Of a stretch of DNA of 64,000 nt, positions 8,431-18,771 are shown in pieces; position 1 is the stretch's first letter, and each line of letters starts with the position of its first letter. The notes under the pieces are model-generated. The model was not told where the DNA came from, ran no database searches, and saw only the letters and a list, made by a program, of their open reading frames with translations. The stretch covers positions 67,754 to 131,753 of the forward strand of contig CBEUCJ010000001.1 of NCBI GenBank assembly GCA_965541615.1, read 5' to 3'. This DNA is from an uncultured bacterium. Lineage in GTDB: Bacteria; Omnitrophota; Gorgyraeia; Duberdicusellales; CBEUCJ01. The position numbers were made by a program, and so were the translations under genes.

Positions 8431-9669
8431 ATGCAAAAAATACCCCTCCATCTAAGAATCAGACCCCAAAATTTAGAAGAGTTTATAGGCCAAGAACATT
8501 TTTTAGGTGAGAATAAGTTTTTAAGGAAGTTAATTAAAGAAGATAGATTAACTTCTTTAATATTTTATGGTCCACCAGGTGTAGGTAAAACTACATTAGC
8601 TTTATGTATTAAAAATGAAACTCAAAGTTATTTTTCTTATATAAATGGAGCTGATTCCAATTTAGAAAAATTAAAATCTGAAATAAATTTAGCAGAATTT
8701 AGATTTAAACAGACCCACAAAAAAACTATTCTCTTTGTAGATGAAATCCATCATTTCAATAAAAGACAGCAAGATATATTCTTGCCTGTATTAGAAGAAA
8801 ATTTCTTAATCTTAATTGGAGCTACTATTCACAATCCTTTTTTTTATCTAATCAGTCCACTCTTATCTAGGGTAACTGTTTTGGAATTTAAACCTTTCTC
8901 AAAAGAAGAGATACTAAAAATCCTAAAAAGAGCTTTAAAAGATGAAAGAGGATTAGGAAAAGAAAAGATAGAAATAAAAGAAAAAGTCTTAGAATTTATA
9001 GCTGAAAATTGTGAAGGAGACGCAAGGAAAGCTTTAAATATCTTGGAGTTAGCTTTTCTGATTTCAAAAGATAAAGAAAAAACTATCTTAACTTTAGAAT
9101 CTGTAAAAGAAGCTATGCAGAAAAAAGTTATTTATTACGATAAAGATGAAGACTATCATTATGATTTAACATCTGCTTTAATAAAATCTATTAGAGCCTC
9201 AAAACCCGATGCTGCAATCTATTATTTGGCTAAAATGTTAGAGGGAGGTGAATCTCCTCTTTTTATTGCAAGAAGATTAGTAATCAGTGCTTGTGAAGAT
9301 ATAGGTCTAGCTGATCCTTTTGCTCTGGTATTAGCCTCAGCTTGTGCTCAAAGTGTACATTTTGTAGGCATGCCAGAAGCTGAGCTCATATTAGCTGAGA
9401 CTGTAATTTATTTAGCAAAGGCTAAAAAATCTAATAGTGCTCTTCAAGCTCTTTTGAAAGCTAAAGAAGATATAAAGAATGAAAGAACTCAAGAAGTCCC
9501 TCAACATTTAAGAGATTCTCATTATAAAGGAGCTAAAATCTTAGGGCATGGAACTGGTTACAAAAATCCTCATTTTTTTAAGAATGTATCTCAAGAATAT
9601 TTACAAATTCCTAAAAAGTATTATAATTTCCAAGAAAATGATAAAGGTAAAGAGCAAAGAGAAGATTAG
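8431..9669 (+). CDS. rarA: replication-associated recombination protein A (AAA+ ATPase RarA/MgsA)
   Basis: 412 aa. Walker A GPPGVGKTTLA, Walker B ILFVDEIHHFNK, and a C-terminal MgsA_C-like region (PDAAIYYLAKMLEGGESPLFIARRLVISA). Confidence 0.85.
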   Translation: MQKIPLHLRIRPQNLEEFIGQEHFLGENKFLRKLIKEDRLTSLIFYGPPGVGKTTLALCIKNETQSYFSYINGADSNLEKLKSEINLAEFRFKQTHKKTILFVDEIHHFNKRQQDIFLPVLEENFLILIGATIHNPFFYLISPLLSRVTVLEFKPFSKEEILKILKRALKDERGLGKEKIEIKEKVLEFIAENCEGDARKALNILELAFLISKDKEKTILTLESVKEAMQKKVIYYDKDEDYHYDLTSALIKSIRASKPDAAIYYLAKMLEGGESPLFIARRLVISACEDIGLADPFALVLASACAQSVHFVGMPEAELILAETVIYLAKAKKSNSALQALLKAKEDIKNERTQEVPQHLRDSHYKGAKILGHGTGYKNPHFFKNVSQEYLQIPKKYYNFQENDKGKEQRED

Positions 9670-10210
9670 AAAAGAAATAAGAGAAATATTCAAAAAAATG
9701 GATAAAAATGAAATAAAAAGGAGGAGTAAGTATGTTAGAGAAAATTTACAAAAATTTGTTTTTTATAAAAGAGCAAAAAGAATACTTTTTTATGCCTCCA
9801 AAGAAGATGAAGTAGATACTTGGAGTTTAATGAGGGGAGCACTCAGAGAAAATAAAAAAGTTTATCTACCAAAGATTAAAGATAAAAATTTGGAGATCTA
9901 TGAAATAAAAGATTTAAAAAGGGATTTAGAAACTGGTAGTTACAGTATTTTGGAACCTAAAGAAACTTGCACAAAATTAGAAGATATAGAAAAATTAGAT
10001 TTGATTCTAGTCCCTTTGAGAGCAGCAGATCTTAATAAAAATAGAATTGGGAGAGGAAAAGGATTCTATGATAGATTTTTGAAGAAGATAAATTCTAAAA
10101 ATATAAAAAAAATAGGACTGTGTTTTTCCTTTCAAGTCTTTGAGTGCCTCCCCTCTAAGAAACAGGACGTAAGATTAGATTTTTTAATCACTGACAAAGG
10201 AATAATTTAA
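9638..10210 (+). CDS. 5-formyltetrahydrofolate cyclo-ligase (MTHFS/YgfA family)
   Basis: C-terminal ILVPLRAADLNKNRIGRGKGFYDRFL is the MTHFS signature (LVPgvAFD..G.RLG.GgGYYDRfL). The N-terminal Lys/Arg-rich motif is present. The ORF-track start at 9548 overlaps rarA by 120 nt, so a downstream Met is chosen (9638 or 9698). Confidence 0.75.
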   Translation: MIKVKSKEKIRKEIREIFKKMDKNEIKRRSKYVRENLQKFVFYKRAKRILFYASKEDEVDTWSLMRGALRENKKVYLPKIKDKNLEIYEIKDLKRDLETGSYSILEPKETCTKLEDIEKLDLILVPLRAADLNKNRIGRGKGFYDRFLKKINSKNIKKIGLCFSFQVFECLPSKKQDVRLDFLITDKGII

Positions 10211-10248
10211 ACATCTAAACCTCTATTTCTGTGAGGAGGTGAAGATAT

Positions 10249-11790
10249 ATGATGAGTTTAATATTTCTCCTTATAGGTTTTGGAATAGGAATCCCTTTAG
10301 GAATATATCTTCAAAATAGAAAGATAAAAAAAGCAAAAGAGAGTGCAAAAAAGATAATAGAATCTGCAAAATTTGAAGCTGAACAAATAAAAAGAAAACA
10401 AGAATTAGAACATAAAGAATACTTATTAAAATTAAAACAGGATTTTGAAAAGCAGACTAAAGAAAAAAGAGTTGAACTTCAAAACTTAGAGAGAAGGCTT
10501 CTTCAAAAAGAAGAAAATTTAGAAAGAAGGTTTAATTTTTTGGAAGAAAAAGAAAAGCAGCTCAATCAAAAACTTAATGAAATTTTAGAAAAAGAAAAAC
10601 AGGTGAATAAATTAAAAGAGAAATTAGTAGAAGTATTAAATAAAGAAAAAGAGTTTCTCTATAAAATAAGCAATCTTACTCCTCAACAGGCAAAAGAAAT
10701 CTTATTACAAAAAATAGAAAATGAATTAAAAAAAGAAAAAGCTTTGAGATTAAAACAATTAGAAGAAGAGATTAAACAAACAGCTACTAAAAGAGCAAGA
10801 GAGATTTTAACTTTAGCTATGCAGAAAGTATGTGTAGACCATACTCAGGAAACTACAATCAGTGTTGTGCAATTGCCTTCAGATGAAATGAAAGGAAGGA
10901 TCATAGGAAGAGAAGGAAGAAACATAAGGACATTTGAAATGCTCACAGGAGTAGATTTAGTAATTGATGATACTCCGGAGACCATTACCATTAGCTGCTT
11001 TGATCCTGTAAGAAGAGAAATAGCAAGAGTCGCCTTAGAAAAATTAATTCAGGATGGTAGAATCCATCCAGCCAGAATAGAAGAAGTTGTAGAAAAAACA
11101 AAACAAGAAATATATCAACAGATAATAGAGGCAGGAAAAGAAGTATGTTTAGAAACAGGTGTGCATAATTTGCATCCTGAATTGATAAAGCTATTAGGAA
11201 GATTAAAGTTTAGAACATCTTTTGGTCAAAATGCTCTGCAACATTCAAAAGAAGTAGCTTTATTAATGGGTAACTTAGCTTCTGAATTAGGTTTAGATGC
11301 TAAGATTGCTAAAAGAATAGGTCTGCTCCATGATATTGGAAAAGCTGTCGATCATCAGATCGAAGGTACACACGCCCAAATTGGAGCTGAGTTAGTTAAA
11401 AAATTCGGCGAATCAGAATTAGTAATCCAAGCTATCAGATCTCATCATGAAGAGACTGAACCCAAAAATATTTATGCAGTCTTAGCTATAATAGCAGATG
11501 CAATAAGTGCCACAAGGCCTGGAGCAAGGCGTGAAACTTTAGAAAGCTACATTCAAAGATTACAAAAATTAGAATCCATAGCTAAAAGCTTTGAAGGAGT
11601 GCAGAACTGTTATGCAATTCAAGCAGGTAGAGAAATAAGAGTAATAGTTGAACCTTCTAAAGTTTCAGATCAAGATGCTATAATTTTAGCTAGACAAATA
11701 AAGAAAAAAATAGAAGAAGAGACTGAATATCCAGGTCAGATAAAGATTACTGTTATTAGAGAAACGAGAGCTGTAGAATACGCAAAATGA
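10249..11790 (+). CDS. rny: ribonuclease Y
   Basis: 513 aa. N-terminal TM helix, long coiled coil, KH domain ([15 protein letters not shown]) and HD domain ([11 protein letters not shown]...HHEE). Confidence 0.9.
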   Translation: MMSLIFLLIGFGIGIPLGIYLQNRKIKKAKESAKKIIESAKFEAEQIKRKQELEHKEYLLKLKQDFEKQTKEKRVELQNLERRLLQKEENLERRFNFLEEKEKQLNQKLNEILEKEKQVNKLKEKLVEVLNKEKEFLYKISNLTPQQAKEILLQKIENELKKEKALRLKQLEEEIKQTATKRAREILTLAMQKVCVDHTQETTISVVQLPSDEMKGRIIGREGRNIRTFEMLTGVDLVIDDTPETITISCFDPVRREIARVALEKLIQDGRIHPARIEEVVEKTKQEIYQQIIEAGKEVCLETGVHNLHPELIKLLGRLKFRTSFGQNALQHSKEVALLMGNLASELGLDAKIAKRIGLLHDIGKAVDHQIEGTHAQIGAELVKKFGESELVIQAIRSHHEETEPKNIYAVLAIIADAISATRPGARRETLESYIQRLQKLESIAKSFEGVQNCYAIQAGREIRVIVEPSKVSDQDAIILARQIKKKIEEETEYPGQIKITVIRETRAVEYAK

Positions 11791-12566
11791 TAAGGGTTTT
11801 GTTCTGTGGAGATGTAGTAGGACCAGGTGGTAGAAAAGTCTTATTAGAGTTATTACCTGTATTAAAAGAAGAGTTTAATTTAAATTTCATAATAGTTAAT
11901 GGTGAAAATGCTGCAGGAGGTTCAGGTTTAGTACCTAGTGTAGTAAATGAATTATTCTTTTCAGGAGTAGATGTAATCACTACAGGAGATCACGTATGGA
12001 AGAAGAAAGAGATATTCAAAATAATAGATAAAGAGGAATTTCTTTTAAGACCTGCTAACTTCAAAAGAACACTTCCAGGTAAAGGTTTTTGCATTAAAGA
12101 GAAAGATGGAGTAAAATTATGTGTGATAAATTTAATAGGAAGAGTGTTCATGAATCCTGTAGAATGTCCTTTCTTAAGAGTAAGAGAAATCTTAGAAGAA
12201 GTAAAAAAAATAACTCCTAACATAATCGTAGATTTTCATGCAGAAGCTACATCTGAAAAAAAAGCTTTAGGGTATTTTTTAGAAAAAAAAGTCTCAGCTG
12301 TAATCGGCACTCACACCCATGTACCCACAGCTGATGAGACTATCTTATCTAACCATACAGCTTATATAACAGATGTAGGAATGACAGGAAGCTTAGACTC
12401 AGTATTAGGAAGAGAAAAAGAAAAAGTAATAGAACATTTTTTAACAGATTTACCTAAAAGATTTGATGTCTCAAATAAAGATTTAGGTTTGCAAGCAGTC
12501 TTAATAGAAATAGATGAAAATACAGGTAGAGCTTTAAGTATTAAAAGATTGGAAAGGAGGATTTAA
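11787..12566 (+). CDS. ymdB: YmdB-like metallophosphoesterase (TIGR00282, 2',3'-cyclic-nucleotide phosphodiesterase family)
   Basis: 259 aa. [19 protein letters not shown] and [10 protein letters not shown] motifs. Directly downstream of rny, as in the Bacillus rny-ymdB pair. Confidence 0.8.
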   Translation: MIRVLFCGDVVGPGGRKVLLELLPVLKEEFNLNFIIVNGENAAGGSGLVPSVVNELFFSGVDVITTGDHVWKKKEIFKIIDKEEFLLRPANFKRTLPGKGFCIKEKDGVKLCVINLIGRVFMNPVECPFLRVREILEEVKKITPNIIVDFHAEATSEKKALGYFLEKKVSAVIGTHTHVPTADETILSNHTAYITDVGMTGSLDSVLGREKEKVIEHFLTDLPKRFDVSNKDLGLQAVLIEIDENTGRALSIKRLERRI

Positions 12567-12928
12567 TGTGGGATGGGATCAATAGGAGGAAATTCCCTAG
12601 GGCTCATTTTCCTTGTAAAATAATTATTCTTTCTTCAGAACATCCTAAAAGTTTTACTACAAAAACTGAAAATATAGGATGTGGAGGAGTCTGTGTAGTC
12701 CTCCCAAAACCATTAAAACTCTTTTCTATCGTAGGAATACAACTATTTTTAGAAGAAAAATCTTCACCTATTGAATGTTCAGGAAGAATAGTCTGGGTAG
12801 TAGGAAGAAAAAGTTCTAAAAGTTTTAAACCTGAATCTTTTGATACAGGTATAGAATTTGTAGATATAAAAGAAGAAGATATCGAAAAGATTGCAAAGTT
12901 AGTAGAAAAACTCTCAAAAGAAAAATGA
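12566..12928 (+). CDS. PilZ domain protein (putative c-di-GMP receptor)
   Basis: 120 aa. N-terminal RRKFPRAHF (RxxxR) and NIGCGGVCV (D/NxSxGG-like) match the two PilZ c-di-GMP binding motifs. Confidence 0.55.
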   Translation: MWDGINRRKFPRAHFPCKIIILSSEHPKSFTTKTENIGCGGVCVVLPKPLKLFSIVGIQLFLEEKSSPIECSGRIVWVVGRKSSKSFKPESFDTGIEFVDIKEEDIEKIAKLVEKLSKEK

Positions 12929-14796
12929 TTTTAGAAAAAATAAATTCTCCTCAAGATATAAAAAAACTTGGGATTAAAGATTTAAAGATTTTATGCAAAG
13001 AGATAAGAGATTACATAATAGAAGTAGTCTCAGAAACAGGAGGACATTTAGCCTCAAACTTAGGAGTAGTAGAATTAAGTGTTGCTCTTCATTATGTACT
13101 CAATACTCCTCATGATAAAATCATCTTTGATACAGGTCACCAATGTTATACTCATAAGATCCTTACTGGTAGATTCAGAGATTTTAAAAATTTAAGAAGA
13201 TTAGAAGGGATAAGTGGGTTCCCAGCTCCTTCTGAATCTGAATACGATGTATTCTATACAGGTCATGCTTCAAATGCAGTTTCACTAGGTCTGGGTTTGG
13301 TCTGTGCAAGAGATTTAGAAAATAAAGATTTTAAAGTCGTGTGTGTGGTGGGAGATGGAGCTCTATCAGGTGGTCAGACTTTTGAAGGATTAAACAATGC
13401 AGGTGAATTAAAGAAAGATTTATTAATAATCTTAAATTCCAATGAAATGTCAATATCTAAATGTGTAGGAGCAATATCTGTTTACTTAAACAGAATAATT
13501 ACTTCTCCTATTTACAATAGATTAAAATCTGAGATCTCTAAATTCATAGAATCTTTTCCTAAATTTGGCAAAAGAATGACAAATTTAATTAAGAAATTTG
13601 AAGAAGGATTAAAGAATATTTTGGTTCCAGGAATCATCTTTGAAGAATTAGGATTCAGATACTTTGGACCTATAGACGGACATAATTTAAAAATATTGAT
13701 CTCCACTTTAAAGAATGTATTAAAAATAAAAGGTCCAAAAGTCTTACATGTAGTTACCAAAAAAGGCAAAGGTTATGTATTCAGCGAACAAAATCCTGAA
13801 AAATTTCACTCAAGTCCACCTTTTATAATCCAGACAGGTGATCCTAAAAAACCTAAAACTGAAAGCTTTACAGATGTTTTTAGCAAAAAAATAGTAGAAT
13901 TAGCCAAAAAAGATAAAAAAATAGTAGCTATTACTGCTGCTATGAAAAAGGGGACAGGTTTAGATAAATTTGAAGCTGAATTCAAAGACAGATTTTTTGA
14001 TGTAGGGATCTGTGAAGAACATGCTGTAAGTTTTTCTGCAGGTTTAGCAAAGTTGGGATTTAAACCTTTTGTCTGTATTTATTCTACATTCTTACAGAGA
14101 GCTTATGATCAGATAATGCAGGATGTATGTCTGCAAAATTTAAAAGTAGTCTTTATTTTAGACAGGGCAGGTTTAGTAGGAGAAGACGGTCCCACTCACC
14201 ATGGAAATTTTGATATAGCTTATTTGAGAACTATACCCAGATTAATAATTACAGCTCCAAAAGATAAAGAAGAATTAGAAGATTTTTTAGAATTTTCATT
14301 AAATGTTAATGGTCCTATTAGCATAAGGTTTCCTAAAGATGAGAGCTTTTCTTTAAACAAAAGGACTCCCATTAAATTAGGAAAGGCTGAAATCTTAAAA
14401 GAGGGAAAAGACATAGCTTTATTATGCGTAGGTGTAATGTGTAAGTATGTATTTGAAATTTTAGAAGAATTAAAATCAAAAGGTATTTCGCCTTTAGTAG
14501 TAAATATGAGATTTATAAATCCTTTAGATGAAGATTTATTATTAAAAATAGCAAAAGAATTTAAATTGATAATTACTTTAGAAGAAGGAATCTTAGATGG
14601 AGGATTTGGTTCAGCAGTGTTAGAATTTTATGAAAAAAAAGATCTATTAGAAAAGATTAATATTAAAAGAATAGGATTAAAAAAAGATTTTATAACTTTT
14701 GGCAAAAGAGATGAGCTCTTAGAACTAAATGGATTGAAAGCCAAACCTCTCTTAAACCAGATCCTCAAATTTTTAAAAGAAACTATCTATGTATGA
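12925..14796 (+). CDS. dxs: 1-deoxy-D-xylulose-5-phosphate synthase
   Basis: 623 aa. GGHLASNLGVVELSVALHYV, TGHQCYTHKILTGR, a GDGALSGG TPP motif and a transketolase-like C-terminus. Confidence 0.9.
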   Translation: MILEKINSPQDIKKLGIKDLKILCKEIRDYIIEVVSETGGHLASNLGVVELSVALHYVLNTPHDKIIFDTGHQCYTHKILTGRFRDFKNLRRLEGISGFPAPSESEYDVFYTGHASNAVSLGLGLVCARDLENKDFKVVCVVGDGALSGGQTFEGLNNAGELKKDLLIILNSNEMSISKCVGAISVYLNRIITSPIYNRLKSEISKFIESFPKFGKRMTNLIKKFEEGLKNILVPGIIFEELGFRYFGPIDGHNLKILISTLKNVLKIKGPKVLHVVTKKGKGYVFSEQNPEKFHSSPPFIIQTGDPKKPKTESFTDVFSKKIVELAKKDKKIVAITAAMKKGTGLDKFEAEFKDRFFDVGICEEHAVSFSAGLAKLGFKPFVCIYSTFLQRAYDQIMQDVCLQNLKVVFILDRAGLVGEDGPTHHGNFDIAYLRTIPRLIITAPKDKEELEDFLEFSLNVNGPISIRFPKDESFSLNKRTPIKLGKAEILKEGKDIALLCVGVMCKYVFEILEELKSKGISPLVVNMRFINPLDEDLLLKIAKEFKLIITLEEGILDGGFGSAVLEFYEKKDLLEKINIKRIGLKKDFITFGKRDELLELNGLKAKPLLNQILKFLKETIYV

Positions 14797-14995
14797 AGTA
14801 AAGATAGAAAAAGATAGATGCAAAGGTTGTGGTTTGTGCATTGAATTTTGTCCTCAAAAAAACTTAGAGTTTTCAAAAGACTTAAACAAAAGAGGAGTAA
14901 AATATGCAGTATTTAATAAAAATAAGAAATGTATAGGATGTAAATTTTGTTATCTTATGTGTCCAGATTCTTGTATTGAAATCTATGAAAGATAA
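14789..14995 (+). CDS. 2-oxoacid:ferredoxin oxidoreductase delta subunit (2x[4Fe-4S] ferredoxin)
   Basis: 68 aa with two CxxCxxCxxxCP clusters (CKGCGLCIEFCP, CIGCKFCYLMCP). First gene of a delta-alpha-beta-gamma operon. Confidence 0.8.
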   Translation: MYEVKIEKDRCKGCGLCIEFCPQKNLEFSKDLNKRGVKYAVFNKNKKCIGCKFCYLMCPDSCIEIYER

Positions 14996-16034
14996 AAAAA
15001 TTTTCATTACAGGAAATGAGGCTATGGGTCTGGCAGCTATAAAAGCAGGCTGTAAATTTTATGCAGGCTATCCAATTACTCCTCAAAATGAGTTAACTGC
15101 TTTTATGGCTAGAGAACTCCCTAAAGCAGGAGGGGTATTTGTGCAGGCTGAATCAGAATTAGCTGCAATAAATATGATAATTGGAGCTGCGAGTGTAGGT
15201 GCCAGATGCATGACCTCTTCCTCATCACCTGGAATCTCTCTAAAACAAGAAGGCATTTCTTACATTGCTGGAATGCAACTACCATGTCTCATTATAAATG
15301 TAATGAGAGGAGGACCAGGGTTAGGTAATATTGCTCCTTCACAGTCTGATTATTTCCAAGCTACAAAAGGAGGAGGACACGGAGATTACAGATTAATAGT
15401 CTTAGCTCCAAATTCAGTCCAAGAAGCTTATGATCTGGTAATTTTAGGTTTTAATTTAGCAGATAAATACAGAAATCCAACGATGATCTTGTTAGATGCT
15501 ATGTTAGGACAGATGTCAGAATCTGTAATTTTAAAGAAACCAAAAATCTTGAAAGTTAAAAAAGACTGGAAAATAGATATTAAAAAAGATAGACCTCAAA
15601 GAATCATCAGATCTTTCTTTATAAAAGAAGGATTCTTAGAAAAACACAACCTGATTTTAAAAAGAAAGTATGAAAGAATAAAAAAGAAAGAACAGAGAGC
15701 ACAAGATTATAGAACTCAAGATGCCAAAATCTTAATTGTAAGCTTTGGGTCTCAAAGCAGGATCTCAAAAGAGGCAGTAGAAATTTTGAGAAAAAAAGGG
15801 ATAAAAGCAGGTCTATTTAGACCTATAACTTTATGGCCTTTTCCAGAAGATTCTCTTAAAAGAATCTCAAAAAAAGTAAAATTTATTTTAGTAGTCGAAC
15901 AGAACTTTGGTCAAATGGTAGAAGATGTGAGATTAGCAATTAGAGATAAAAAACCTGTTTATTTTTTTGGAAGAGCAGGTGGTGGAATACCTACAGCTAC
16001 ACAAATTGTAAATTTTATAAAAAAACTCTTATGA
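14976..16034 (+). CDS. 2-oxoacid:ferredoxin oxidoreductase alpha subunit (Por/Kor/Vor family)
   Basis: 352 aa. GNEAMGLAAIKAGCKFYAGYPITPQNEL is typical of the OFOR alpha subunit. Confidence 0.8.
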   Translation: MKSMKDKKIFITGNEAMGLAAIKAGCKFYAGYPITPQNELTAFMARELPKAGGVFVQAESELAAINMIIGAASVGARCMTSSSSPGISLKQEGISYIAGMQLPCLIINVMRGGPGLGNIAPSQSDYFQATKGGGHGDYRLIVLAPNSVQEAYDLVILGFNLADKYRNPTMILLDAMLGQMSESVILKKPKILKVKKDWKIDIKKDRPQRIIRSFFIKEGFLEKHNLILKRKYERIKKKEQRAQDYRTQDAKILIVSFGSQSRISKEAVEILRKKGIKAGLFRPITLWPFPEDSLKRISKKVKFILVVEQNFGQMVEDVRLAIRDKKPVYFFGRAGGGIPTATQIVNFIKKLL

Positions 16035-16762
16035 AAAAGATAACCAAAACTCCTTCAGTCCTAAAACCAAATCCTACTCATTATTGTCCTGGTTGCGGTC
16101 ATGGAATAGTGCATAGAATAATCTGTGAAGTTATAGAAGAATTAGGAATAAAAGAAAAAACAGTAGGAGTAGCTTCTGTAGGATGTAGTGTGATAATTTA
16201 TGATTATATAGATGTTGATTTCTGTGAATCTGCTCATGGAAGAGCTTTGGCTACTGCTACAGGTATTAAGAGATGTAGACCAGACCTAATAGTCTTTACT
16301 TATCAAGGAGATGGAGATTTAGCTTCAATAGGAGTAGCTGAAACCTTACATGCAGCAAATCGTGGTGAGAATTTAACTTGCATTTTTATAAATAATACTT
16401 GTTATGGAATGACAGGTGGTCAAATGGCACCTACTACTCTAGTAAATCAAGTAACTGCTACCACACCTTTTGGTAGAAAACCTGAAAGAGGAGAAGGTCA
16501 TCCTTTAAAGATATCTGAAATTTTAGCAAGTTTAGATGGAGTATGTTTTGTAGAAAGAGTTTCAGTTTCAAATCCTAAAAATGTATTAAAGGCTAAACAA
16601 GCTATAAAACAGGCTTTTATAAATCAAATAGAAAATAAAGGATTCTCTTTAGTAGAAGTCTTAAGTATGTGCCCTACTATATGGAGAAAGACTCCTTCCC
16701 AAGCTTGTAAATGGATAGATGAAGAGGTAACCAAAACTTATCCTTTAGGAAGAATCAAATGA
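16031..16762 (+). CDS. 2-oxoacid:ferredoxin oxidoreductase beta subunit (TPP-binding)
   Basis: 243 aa. CPGCGHG, GDGD and YGMTGGQ are TPP/OFOR beta motifs. Confidence 0.8.
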   Translation: MKKITKTPSVLKPNPTHYCPGCGHGIVHRIICEVIEELGIKEKTVGVASVGCSVIIYDYIDVDFCESAHGRALATATGIKRCRPDLIVFTYQGDGDLASIGVAETLHAANRGENLTCIFINNTCYGMTGGQMAPTTLVNQVTATTPFGRKPERGEGHPLKISEILASLDGVCFVERVSVSNPKNVLKAKQAIKQAFINQIENKGFSLVEVLSMCPTIWRKTPSQACKWIDEEVTKTYPLGRIK

Positions 16763-17283
16763 AGAGGAGTCTTATAATTTCAGGTTTTGGGGGACAAGGC
16801 TTAATGTTCTTAGGTAAATTGATTTGTAAATCTGCTGTTCTAGAGGGGAAATATGCTACTCATATTCCTTCTTATGGAGCTGAAATGAGAGGAGGAACTG
16901 CTCATTGCTATGTATGTGTCTCAGATTCTGAAATATCTTCTCCTTACATAGAAAAACCAGATATATTAATAGTAATGAATCAACCTTCTTTAGAAAAATT
17001 TGAATCCAAATTAAAAAAAGGAGGGATATTAATAGGCAATAAATCTTTGATAAATACTTTCCCTAAAAGGAAAGATGTAAAAGTGTATCTTTATCCTTTA
17101 AATGAAATGGCGAACAAAATAGGTGAGGTAAAAGTAGCAAATTTGATAGCCTTAGGGATATTATTAAAAAAAGATGAGTTTGTAAAAAAAGAATCTGTAA
17201 TAAAGATCTTAAAAGAAACTCTTGATAGTAAACTTTTAGAATTGAATTTAAAAGCTTTAGAATTAGGATGGGAAATTCAGTAA
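16759..17283 (+). CDS. 2-oxoacid:ferredoxin oxidoreductase gamma subunit
   Basis: 174 aa. IISGFGGQGLMFLGKLI is the gamma-subunit signature. The substrate (pyruvate, 2-oxoglutarate or branched 2-oxoacid) cannot be assigned from sequence alone. Confidence 0.75.
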   Translation: MKRSLIISGFGGQGLMFLGKLICKSAVLEGKYATHIPSYGAEMRGGTAHCYVCVSDSEISSPYIEKPDILIVMNQPSLEKFESKLKKGGILIGNKSLINTFPKRKDVKVYLYPLNEMANKIGEVKVANLIALGILLKKDEFVKKESVIKILKETLDSKLLELNLKALELGWEIQ

Positions 17284-18551
17284 GAGTAAGATTTGCACCT
17301 TCACCTACAGGTTTTTTACATATAGGCACAGCAAGGACTGCTCTTTTCAATTATGTGTATGCTAAAAGAAACAATGGAAAGTTCATTTTAAGAATAGAAG
17401 ATACAGATTTTAAAAGATCAAAACCTGAATTTCTGAATGAGATTTTAGATTCCTTAAAATGGTTAGGATTAGAACCTGATGAGATTTACTTTCAATCTGA
17501 AAGATTAGATATCTACAAAAAGTATGCACAAAAATTAGTAGATGAAGGTAAAGCTTTTTTAAAAGAAGGAGCTATAGTTTTTAAATATGAATTTCAAGAA
17601 GTTACATTTAAAGATTTAATTAGAGGTAAAATAAAATTCACAGAACTCCCAAAATCTGAAGAAGTCCTAATCAAAAGTGATGGAACTCCTACTTATAATT
17701 TTGCCTGTGTAATAGATGATGCACTTTTGGAAATAAGTTGTGTAATAAGAGGAGATGATCACATCTCTAACACTCCCAAACAAATTCTTCTATACAAAGC
17801 TTTAGGTTTTAAAATTCCAGAATTTGCACATTTGCCTATGATATTAGCAGAAGAAGGTGGTAAACTCTCAAAAAGAAAGGGAGCAGTTTCCATCAGAGAA
17901 TTCAGAGAACAAGGTTTTTTAGCTGAAGGAATTTGTAATTATCTTTTATTGTTAGGTTGGTCTCCAAAAAATAATCAAGAGATTATAACTTTAGAAGAGG
18001 CTATAAAGATATTTGATTTAAAAGATGTAAAAAAGACAGCAGCTACCTTTTCTATAGATAAATTAAAATGGGTAAATCAAAATCATATTAGAAAGAAAAG
18101 CACTCAAGAATTAAAAGAACTGTTAAAACCATTTTTAGAAAAGGAAAAAATAAATACTTCTGATTCTTATCTTGAAAAGGTTATCAGTTTATTTAAAGAA
18201 AGAATAAAAACTTTAAAAGATTTTTTAGAGTATTCAAAATATTTCTTTGTTGATACATTTGAGTTTGAAAAAGAAGCTTTAGAATTATTAAAGAAAAATT
18301 TAAAAAACGAATTTACTCTTTTAATAGAAAGGTTTAAAAATCTCTCAGATTTTAGAGCTCCTTTAATTGAAAAAGAATTCAGAGAGTTAGTAGCAGAATT
18401 GAATATAAAAGCAAAAGATTTAATCCATCCTGTAAGAGCAGCTTTATCTGGAAAAAGAATAGGACCTTCCTTATTTGAAATGATAGAAGTTTTAGGAAAA
18501 GATAGAGTTATAAAAAGATTAGAAAGAGCAAAAGAATTCATGGAGGTGTAA
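17268..18551 (+). CDS. gltX: glutamyl-tRNA synthetase (short, 427 aa)
   Basis: VRVRFAPSPTGFLHIGTARTALFNY (HIGH region) and LSKRKG (KMSKS). It is immediately followed by tRNA-Gln. Confidence 0.9.
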   Translation: MGNSVRVRFAPSPTGFLHIGTARTALFNYVYAKRNNGKFILRIEDTDFKRSKPEFLNEILDSLKWLGLEPDEIYFQSERLDIYKKYAQKLVDEGKAFLKEGAIVFKYEFQEVTFKDLIRGKIKFTELPKSEEVLIKSDGTPTYNFACVIDDALLEISCVIRGDDHISNTPKQILLYKALGFKIPEFAHLPMILAEEGGKLSKRKGAVSIREFREQGFLAEGICNYLLLLGWSPKNNQEIITLEEAIKIFDLKDVKKTAATFSIDKLKWVNQNHIRKKSTQELKELLKPFLEKEKINTSDSYLEKVISLFKERIKTLKDFLEYSKYFFVDTFEFEKEALELLKKNLKNEFTLLIERFKNLSDFRAPLIEKEFRELVAELNIKAKDLIHPVRAALSGKRIGPSLFEMIEVLGKDRVIKRLERAKEFMEV

Positions 18552-18554
18552 AAA

Positions 18555-18692
18555 ATGAAGTTCTTTTTAATCTTAATTTTGATCTTATCTTTGACAGGCT
18601 GCGGAACTATAAAAGGTCTTGTTGAAGGAATGAAATCTGACTATCAAAAACTCAAAGAGATAGATAAGTGGTTTCAAGAACACTACTGGTAA
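18555..18692 (+). CDS. small predicted lipoprotein (45 aa), not in the ORF track
   Basis: MKFFLILILILSLTGC: signal peptide plus lipobox L-T-G-C. The size and lipobox resemble entericidin-like small lipoproteins. Too short for confident calling. Confidence 0.35.
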   Translation: MKFFLILILILSLTGCGTIKGLVEGMKSDYQKLKEIDKWFQEHYW

Positions 18693-18700
18693 GAATCTTT

Positions 18701-18771
18701 TGCCCGGTGGTGTAACGGTAGCACCCCAGGCTCTGGACCTGGTAGTCGTGGTTCGAATCCACGCCGGGCAG
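18701..18771 (+). tRNA. tRNA-Gln (anticodon CTG)
   Basis: Acceptor tgcccgg/ccgggca (U1-A72, typical of tRNA-Gln), anticodon stem ccagg/cctgg with loop ctCTGga, T-arm gtggttcgaatccac. Confidence 0.85.

Noticed and set aside
9548-9637. Long N-terminal extension of the 5-formyl-THF cyclo-ligase ORF reaching 120 nt into rarA
   Set aside because: The extension (MELVTKILIFLRMYLK...) has no counterpart in MTHFS proteins and overlaps the conserved rarA C-terminus. A downstream Met (9638 or 9698) gives the canonical N-terminus.
1546-18541. Multiple minus-strand ORFs inside + strand genes (1546-1941, 3750-4073, 5208-5486, 6173-6670, 11756-12223, 13512-13769, 14220-14414, 17063-17350, 18167-18541)
   Set aside because: Each lies within a well-supported housekeeping gene (coaC, thrS, pheS, pheT, rny/ymdB, dxs, OFOR, gltX) on the other strand. 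Their low-complexity, Ser/Phe/Leu-rich translations are typical of antisense frames in AT-rich DNA.
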